This document shows positions 58,134-64,000 of a DNA stretch of 64,000 nucleotides, piece by piece. The notes under the pieces are model-generated. The model saw nothing but the letters and a program-made list of their open reading frames with translations. It was not told where the DNA came from and did not search any database. The stretch comes from an uncultured Clostridium sp. (lineage in GTDB: Bacteria; Bacillota; Clostridia; Peptostreptococcales; Peptostreptococcaceae): the NCBI GenBank assembly GCA_964449895.1, contig CAYVBY010000002.1, forward strand, positions 41,119-105,118. The letters run 5' to 3'. The first letter of the stretch is position 1. Every line of letters starts with the position of its first letter. The position numbers and the translations under genes are program-made.

Positions 58134-60197
58134 CTAAAATATGATTCCACAAAGCATATATACTATTAATGCTACTATATATGCTACTACCATTTGGAAT
58201 GCTACTGTTATTCCAGTCCATTTCCAAGAACCCATTTCTCTTTTTATAGCACCTACTGCTGCAAAGCAAGGCATACATAATAAGTTAAATGTCATATAAG
58301 CAAATGCTGATGCTTTAGTAAATACTGCTGATATTCCTGGAAGTGCTGCAGCTCCTTCCATAGCTGCTTCTGCTATAGCATCTGTAGCTCCAAATAATAC
58401 ACCAAATGTAGAAACTATATTTTCTTTAGCTATCCATCCAGTTACTACACCTACTGCTGCTCTCCAATCTCCAAATCCAAGTGGTGTAAATATCCAAGCT
58501 ATCATATTACCAAGTGATGCAAGTATTGAATCTTCCATTTCACACATTCCACTGAAGTTGAAATTAGATAAGAACCATATAAGTATTGTTGATGCTAATA
58601 TTATTGTACCTGCTTTTATTGCAAATCCTTTAACTTTTTCCCATGCATGTATTAATACACTTTTAAAAGTTGGTATTCTATATTGAGGTAATTCCATTAT
58701 AAAGTTTGAAGTTTCACCTTTAAATAATGTCTTACTTAATATTAAAGCTGATACTACTGCTACTACTATACCTATCATGTATATAGAATATATTATTAAT
58801 GTTTGATTATATCCAGCAAATAAAGTAGCTGCAAACATTAAGTATATTGGTAATTTAGCTCCACAAGACATAAATGGAGTTATCATCATTGTAAGTTTTC
58901 TGTCTTTTTCACTTTCAAGTGTTCTAGATGCCATAAGTGCTGGTACTGAACAACCATATCCCATTAAAAGTGGTATAAAAGATTTTCCTGATAAACCAAA
59001 TTTTCTAAAGATTCTATCCATAACGAAAGCAACTCTCGCCATATATCCACTGTCTTCTAAGAATGACATTAATAAAAATAATACTAATATTTGTGGTAAG
59101 AATGATACAACTCCTCCTACCCCAGCAAGGATACCATCTCCAACAAGGCTCATTGCCCATTCAGCTGCACCCATTGATGATATAGCTCCCATTATAGTTT
59201 CTGTAAGCGGGCCATCCCAGAAATCACAAACTATACCTTGTAACCATACACCTACACCTAAAGGTCCTTCTCCAAAAGTTATTGCAAATAATGCATACAT
59301 AATTACTAAAAATGCTGGTATTGCCGCAAATCTATTAGTAAGAACCTTATCTATTTTATCTGATTTTGTTTCTTGTCTTTTTCCATTTATGTTAACTTTT
59401 TTTGTAACAGTTTTATTTACTACTTTAGATATAAATTTATATCTTTGATCTGCTATTTCAGCTTCTGTATCACCATTGAAATCTTCATTAGCTTTACTTA
59501 TTATTGAATTTATTTTTTCTTTTTTATTTTCAGGTAATTTTTCAATTACAACTTCATCTTCTTCAAGAATTTTTATAGCTTGCCATAATTCATAAGAGTT
59601 AGAAGTTTTAATTTGACCTTGATTATCATTCTCACTAATTAAGCAAACTAATTTTTCTATATAATTCTTAATTTGTGGAGAAAATACATCTAATTCACTG
59701 TATTTATTTGATGAGGCTATATTTTGAGCTTCTTTCATTAATTCGTCTATACCTTTTCCACTTCTCGCTACTATTGGAACTACTGGTACTCCTAATAATT
59801 GAGAAAGCTTTTTAACATCTATTTTTGTACCTGTTGCTTCAACTTCATCCATCATATTTAGAGCTATTACTGTAGGTATTTTAGTTTCTAATACTTGTAA
59901 AGTTAAATATAAATTTCTTTCTATATTAGTTCCATCTACTATATCTATTAAAACGTCTGGTTTTTCATCTACTATATAATCTCTTGCTACTATTTCTTCT
60001 GCTGAATATGGAGATAAAGAATATATCCCTGGTAAATCTATTATCTCTACTTCTTTATTTTTTTTGTATTTTCCTGTTTTTTGTTCAACTGTAACACCAG
60101 GCCAGTTACCAACATGTTGTTTTGAGCCAGTGATATCATTGAATAATGTTGTTTTCCCGCAGTTTGGATTACCTGCAAGTGCAATTCTTATACCCAT
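58134..60197 (-). CDS. feoB: Ferrous iron transporter B
   Basis: GNPNCGKTT, GNWPGVTVE, DLPGIYSL, LEDSGYMAR, GYGCSVPA, PFMSCGAKLP. Confidence 0.96.
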   Translation of the reverse strand: MGIRIALAGNPNCGKTTLFNDITGSKQHVGNWPGVTVEQKTGKYKKNKEVEIIDLPGIYSLSPYSAEEIVARDYIVDEKPDVLIDIVDGTNIERNLYLTLQVLETKIPTVIALNMMDEVEATGTKIDVKKLSQLLGVPVVPIVARSGKGIDELMKEAQNIASSNKYSELDVFSPQIKNYIEKLVCLISENDNQGQIKTSNSYELWQAIKILEEDEVVIEKLPENKKEKINSIISKANEDFNGDTEAEIADQRYKFISKVVNKTVTKKVNINGKRQETKSDKIDKVLTNRFAAIPAFLVIMYALFAITFGEGPLGVGVWLQGIVCDFWDGPLTETIMGAISSMGAAEWAMSLVGDGILAGVGGVVSFLPQILVLFLLMSFLEDSGYMARVAFVMDRIFRKFGLSGKSFIPLLMGYGCSVPALMASRTLESEKDRKLTMMITPFMSCGAKLPIYLMFAATLFAGYNQTLIIYSIYMIGIVVAVVSALILSKTLFKGETSNFIMELPQYRIPTFKSVLIHAWEKVKGFAIKAGTIILASTILIWFLSNFNFSGMCEMEDSILASLGNMIAWIFTPLGFGDWRAAVGVVTGWIAKENIVSTFGVLFGATDAIAEAAMEGAAALPGISAVFTKASAFAYMTFNLLCMPCFAAVGAIKREMGSWKWTGITVAFQMVVAYIVALIVYMLCGIIF

Positions 60198-60295
60198 TTG
60201 TTCTCTCCTTATTTCATCTTACTAAATATTTCATTCTCTAATAATTTATATTTTTCGTAAAATAATTAAATCAAGATTATACAAACTTTATCTAA

Positions 60296-60520
60296 TTATT
60301 TTAAATTTATATGTTCAGCTTCATCTTTTCTTAAGCTAAGTTCATAACCTCTTAAATTAATTTCTATTGGATCTCCTAAAGGTGCTACCTTTACAACTTC
60401 TACATCTACACCTGGAGTTATTCCCATATCCATTAATCTTTTTCTCACAGGTCCTTTTTTACCAAGATTTAGTACTACTCCACTTTCACCTGGTTTTAAA
60501 TCTTTTAACGTCTTAGTCAT
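60296..60520 (-). CDS. feoA: FeoA
   Basis: RLMDMGITPG, APLGDPI, LSLRKDEA. Confidence 0.93.
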   Translation of the reverse strand: MTKTLKDLKPGESGVVLNLGKKGPVRKRLMDMGITPGVDVEVVKVAPLGDPIEINLRGYELSLRKDEAEHINLK

Positions 60521-60535
60521 GCTATATCCTCCTAA

Positions 60536-60748
60536 TTACTGAACTATTATTTTATTAGCCATTCCTTTATTTAAAGCTATTTTTGAATCTTTTACTATTA
60601 AAATTAATCCACTACTATTTTCTGAAATAACTTCTATCTTTTCTCCAACTATAAATCCTAAATTTTGTAAATGTCTTTTAACATCTTCTTTAGCACGTAT
60701 TTCTCTTATTATCTTTTCTTCTCCTATATTTACCATAGTTAATGACAT
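60536..60748 (-). CDS. feoA: FeoA (second copy)
   Basis: HLQNLGFIVGEKI, IALNKGMANKIIV. Confidence 0.88.
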   Translation of the reverse strand: MSLTMVNIGEEKIIREIRAKEDVKRHLQNLGFIVGEKIEVISENSSGLILIVKDSKIALNKGMANKIIVQ

Positions 60749-60790
60749 GAAATCATCTCCTTTTATATAAAATCAATTATCTTTCATATT

Positions 60791-60870
60791 TGATATTAAT
60801 TATCATTCCTTACATTTATATAATATACATTTTTACTTTTTTTGTCAACAATAATTGATAATAATTATCA
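60791..60870. promoter_or_regulatory. Two Fur boxes flanking the feo promoter
   Basis: TGATAATAATTATCA (60856-60870, perfect 7-1-7) and TGATATTAATTATCA (60791-60805); minus-strand TTGACA (60843-60848)-17-TATTAT between them. Confidence 0.85.
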
Positions 60871-61028
60871 TAAAAATAACAATATTTTTTTTAAATATGA
60901 GAAATCTTAAAATTTAAAAAGTAAACCTAGTGACAAAATCTTTATTTTAAAAATAGCTTTAGATTTAAACTATCTTATTATATAATTGTGTATATAGGAA
61001 AATAGACACTATAGGGGGAATACAAAAA

Positions 61029-61406
61029 ATGCAAAATGGATTAAAAAATAGCAAAATGATGGGATTTACAGATATTAGAGGCTTAAACATTTTAGAAGAA
61101 GCCATAGCAAAATATCCTAATCCTAACTACAAAAATATAGATTTACAAAACAGTTTAGACCAATACGATTTATTTAGAAAAGAAGCTAATTTTGATGAAA
61201 TATATGGTAACTCAGATAGACAAATGGATTTAGACGATGGTAAAGTCCTTCATATATTTGAAGGTCGTAAATTTGAGCTTGCTTTATTTGATTCAAATGA
61301 TGTTGCAATAACTTCTGCTACTATATTCGGCGGAGGATTTAAAACTTTTAAAGACGGCGAACAATTAGAAGAATTATTTGTAGTTCAGGCTATCGAGCTT
61401 AAATAG
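61029..61406 (+). CDS. Hypothetical protein (125 aa)
   Basis: RBS AGGGGG, upstream TTTAGA-17-TATAAT promoter, 12-nt gap to the next gene; no family recognised. Confidence 0.7.
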   Translation: MQNGLKNSKMMGFTDIRGLNILEEAIAKYPNPNYKNIDLQNSLDQYDLFRKEANFDEIYGNSDRQMDLDDGKVLHIFEGRKFELALFDSNDVAITSATIFGGGFKTFKDGEQLEELFVVQAIELK

Positions 61407-61418
61407 GCTGGTGATTAT

Positions 61419-62207
61419 ATGTATAATATAATTGCCTTTGATTTAGATGGAACTATACTGAATTCTGAACCTATAAACTGGAAAAGTCTTCAAAAATGTT
61501 TAGATATTCACTATAATATACAGGTTTCTATGGAAGAACTTTTAAGTTTAACAGGTCAATCAGCTAAAGAGATATTTACACGCTATTGTATAGAAGATTA
61601 TAAAACAGCACAAGTAAAATGGATATATGAATTTGATCAAATATTAGATGAAGTTAAAATTTTTGATGGTATTTTTAATAGTTTTGATAAACTTAAAAAT
61701 TTAGGTGTAAAACTTGCTATAGTAACTTCTAGAAAAAGACATGAACTAGATAAATTAATGGCTAAGTTTAACTTGGAGCCTTATTTTGATTACACAGTAT
61801 CTATTGACGATACAGAAAATCCAAAACCATCTCCAGAACCACTTCAAAAACTTATGGAGCTTGCTAACTGCTCTCATAAAGAAATTTTATTTATAGGTGA
61901 TTCTATATCAGATATAGATTGTGCAAAGAATAATAATACTAAATTTGCTCTTGCATTATGGGGAGCAAATCCTTCACTTAAAAAACATTGTAAAATAATT
62001 TTAGAAAATCCTGATGACATATTCAAAACAGTTATAAACAAAAGTGTGTGTGGAAAAAATAAAATATACTTTAATGATCTTTTAAATGAAGCTAAAATAG
62101 GAACATTTAAAACATATGATGAATTAATCGATTATGTATCACCTAAAACAGAATGTTTTGATTGTTTTCCAAGTGCTTGGGAATTATTAAAATTACATAT
62201 CAATTAA
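61419..62207 (+). CDS. HAD-family phosphatase with C-terminal BFD-like Cys domain
   Basis: DLDGT, VTSR, KPSPEP, IGDSISD; C-terminal C211-x-K-x32-C246-x2-C249. Confidence 0.8.
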   Translation: MYNIIAFDLDGTILNSEPINWKSLQKCLDIHYNIQVSMEELLSLTGQSAKEIFTRYCIEDYKTAQVKWIYEFDQILDEVKIFDGIFNSFDKLKNLGVKLAIVTSRKRHELDKLMAKFNLEPYFDYTVSIDDTENPKPSPEPLQKLMELANCSHKEILFIGDSISDIDCAKNNNTKFALALWGANPSLKKHCKIILENPDDIFKTVINKSVCGKNKIYFNDLLNEAKIGTFKTYDELIDYVSPKTECFDCFPSAWELLKLHIN

Positions 62208-62228
62208 ATAATCTATTGAAAATTATAA

Positions 62229-62272
62229 AAACCCCAATGGTTGAAATTTTATCCAACTATTGGGGTTATATC
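62229..62272. terminator. Bidirectional terminator between the HAD gene and buk
   Basis: aaccccaat(g)gttg / caac(t)attggggtt. Confidence 0.7.
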
Positions 62273-62337
62273 TATTTAATAAACTTATTAAATAGCTTAC
62301 AATTATTAAATTTTCCAAATACTATAATAAATGCTTT

Positions 62338-63408
62338 TTATTTTTTAAATCTATTAAATTTCTCTTCACCTCTAATTACTCTAAGTATTCCTAAAGCTAA
62401 AGCCTCCATTTCATATGTTCCTGCTATTACAGAAACTGGCGCTAAGTAGCTAACTCTCTTAGAAACTTCATCTGTAAATCGCTTAGAATGAGCAATTCCA
62501 CCTGTCAGGATAATCTTATCTATTTTCCCTGAAACTACAGGTGCTAAAGATCCTATATCCTTTGAAATTTGCATTACCATAGTATCAAAAATTAATTTAG
62601 CATATTCATCATTTTGCTCTATTTTAGATTCTACATCTCTTATATCATTTGTTCCGAGATAAGCTAGGAGACCTCCCTTGCCTTTTAATTTTGATTGCAT
62701 CTCCTTTTCAGTGAATTTTCCACTGTAACAAAGCTTAACTAATGGTCTAACAGGAACTCCTCCTGAACGTTCTGGAGTTATTCCTCCTTCATCATCCCCT
62801 ACAAAATCAAGAATTTTTCCACCTTTAATTAGATTTGTAGTTATTCCTCCTCCAAGATGAGTTACTATATATGTAGTATCTTCAAGATTTACTTTATCTC
62901 TTTTAGCTTGTTCTATACTAACAGCTCTAGAATTTAATACATGTGTTAAAAAAGGTCTTTCTATTTCAGGTACTCCAGTTATTGTAAATATTTTATCTGG
63001 AATGCCACATCCACAAACAGCATCATATACATAGGAATTGACATTTTCTCCCGCCATCTTAGCTATTTCATATCCTATTACTGGAGCTAAATTTGCAGGG
63101 TGTGGAGCTGGTGAATTTAAAGATGCATTTTTAAATTCTTCATCTACCAAATATGCACCACTTTCTAATTGTCCAATAACACCTCCGCGAGTTGCTATTG
63201 CAGATAAATTTTTTATATCTATATTTATATCTTTTAAATAGTTTAATACTGCTTCTTTTCTAAAATCTAGTTGATCGTTTATAGATTTATATTTTGAAAG
63301 TTCTTCTGCACTGTGATTTAAAGTAAGTGTATTTATTTTCTTTTCTCCATCAAATACTGCCACCTTTGTAGAAGTAGATCCCGGATTTATTACTAATATT
63401 AATTCCAT
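62338..63408 (-). CDS. buk: Butyrate/branched-chain carboxylate kinase family (divergent)
   Basis: INPGSTSTKVAVF, ATRGG, HLGGG, PERSG, GKGGLLAYLGT, LTGGIAHS, GTYEMEAL. Confidence 0.85.
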   Translation of the reverse strand: MELILVINPGSTSTKVAVFDGEKKINTLTLNHSAEELSKYKSINDQLDFRKEAVLNYLKDINIDIKNLSAIATRGGVIGQLESGAYLVDEEFKNASLNSPAPHPANLAPVIGYEIAKMAGENVNSYVYDAVCGCGIPDKIFTITGVPEIERPFLTHVLNSRAVSIEQAKRDKVNLEDTTYIVTHLGGGITTNLIKGGKILDFVGDDEGGITPERSGGVPVRPLVKLCYSGKFTEKEMQSKLKGKGGLLAYLGTNDIRDVESKIEQNDEYAKLIFDTMVMQISKDIGSLAPVVSGKIDKIILTGGIAHSKRFTDEVSKRVSYLAPVSVIAGTYEMEALALGILRVIRGEEKFNRFKK

Positions 63409-63426
63409 AATATACCTCCTATAAAC

Positions 63427-64000
63427 CTATCTATTATTTAAAAGATTACAAATTCTTTTTAGACCTTCTTCTAATATAGCTCTAGGGCAAGCTAAATTAA
63501 GTCTTATAAATCCATTAGAATTTCTAACAAACATATCTCCACCTTCTAAAAGAACACCTGCATGATTTGCAAATAATAAAGGTAAATTTTCATCATCTTC
63601 TACATAAGCACCTACATTTACCCAACCTAGATAAGTAGCCTCTGATATTTGCATAACAGCCTTTGGAAGATGTTTAGCTAAATATTCTTTAGTAAATTTG
63701 AAATTTTCATCTAAATAATCTTTTAATTCACATAACCATTCATATCCATTTGTATAAGCTGCTTGTGCTGCCACAACACTTAGAGGATTTTCAGTAATAT
63801 AATGTCTTTCTTTATAGATAGATCTAATTTTATCATTTGGAATTATTATATTAGAAATCATAAATCCTGCAATATTAAATGTTTTAGTTGGAGCCATACA
63901 AGTTATGATTTTATCTGATTTTGGAAATAACTTAGCCATTGGAATATGTTTTTTGCCATTTCTAAGTAAATCACAATGTATTTCATCAGATATAATTATT
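63427..64000 (-). CDS. MalY/PatB family PLP C-S lyase (3' part; begins beyond window end)
   Basis: Extended manual translation IISDEIHCDL, APTKTFNIAG, YLGWVN, GFIRLNLACPR. Confidence 0.88.
   Translation of the reverse strand, partial: IIISDEIHCDLLRNGKKHIPMAKLFPKSDKIITCMAPTKTFNIAGFMISNIIIPNDKIRSIYKERHYITENPLSVVAAQAAYTNGYEWLCELKDYLDENFKFTKEYLAKHLPKAVMQISEATYLGWVNVGAYVEDDENLPLLFANHAGVLLEGGDMFVRNSNGFIRLNLACPRAILEEGLKRICNLLNNR

Noticed and set aside
60936-60952. AAATCTTTATTTTAAAA identical to 44584-44600 (similar at 2779 and 13089) as a separate regulator site
   Set aside because: A low-complexity AT 17-mer can recur by chance; kept only as the flank of the repeat family where it co-occurs with it
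446-63241. About 30 short opposite-strand ORFs in the track (e.g. 446-679, 2988-3467, 32134-32460, 40085-40393, 45122-45424)
   Set aside because: All lie within or overlap well-supported genes on the other strand or frame, lack RBSs and have codon-shadow compositions
1-64000. rRNA or tRNA genes
   Set aside because: No GC-rich non-coding stretch or cloverleaf/T-loop signature; intergenic regions are short and very AT-rich

Overview
Low-GC, spore-forming Firmicute chromosome. Gene order resembles Clostridioides difficile, so probably Peptostreptococcaceae (inference from synteny). Most genes are on the minus strand. The core backbone is serS, spoIVA, gpsA-plsY-der with a DUF512 gene, a YIEGIA pair with its capping subunit, a phoPR-like TCS, pgeF, nrdR, ylmC, sigG-sigE-spoIIGA, ftsZ, ftsQ, murG-spoVE-murD-mraY, spoVD and ftsL, then rsmH-lgt, an M16 peptidase pair, ychF, a Na/Pi cotransporter, fbp, aminopeptidase P, feoAAB, buk and malY. 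About 19.3 kb of accessory genes separate rsmH from ftsL: a MarR-regulated heterodimeric ABC exporter, a stand-alone TrpB2 under a Trp-specific T-box, an M20 amidohydrolase with a lipoprotein, a 2480-aa modular surface protein, a MATE transporter and a SAM-I-controlled metY. No rRNA, tRNA, CRISPR array, transposase or integrase was recognised. The most interesting observations are: (1) an unknown ORF plus a HAD phosphatase fused to a degenerate BFD-like Cys domain, divergent from Fur-boxed feo; (2) T-box-controlled TrpB2, a likely indole salvage route; (3) the giant GLUG/DUF4430-like protein with an unrecognised C-terminal domain; (4) the YIEGIA membrane complex; (5) a dispersed palindromic intergenic repeat; (6) a split dcw cluster lacking murE/murF; (7) a four-unit Pho box upstream of the Na/Pi transporter. 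All family assignments come from motif recognition, not database searches.
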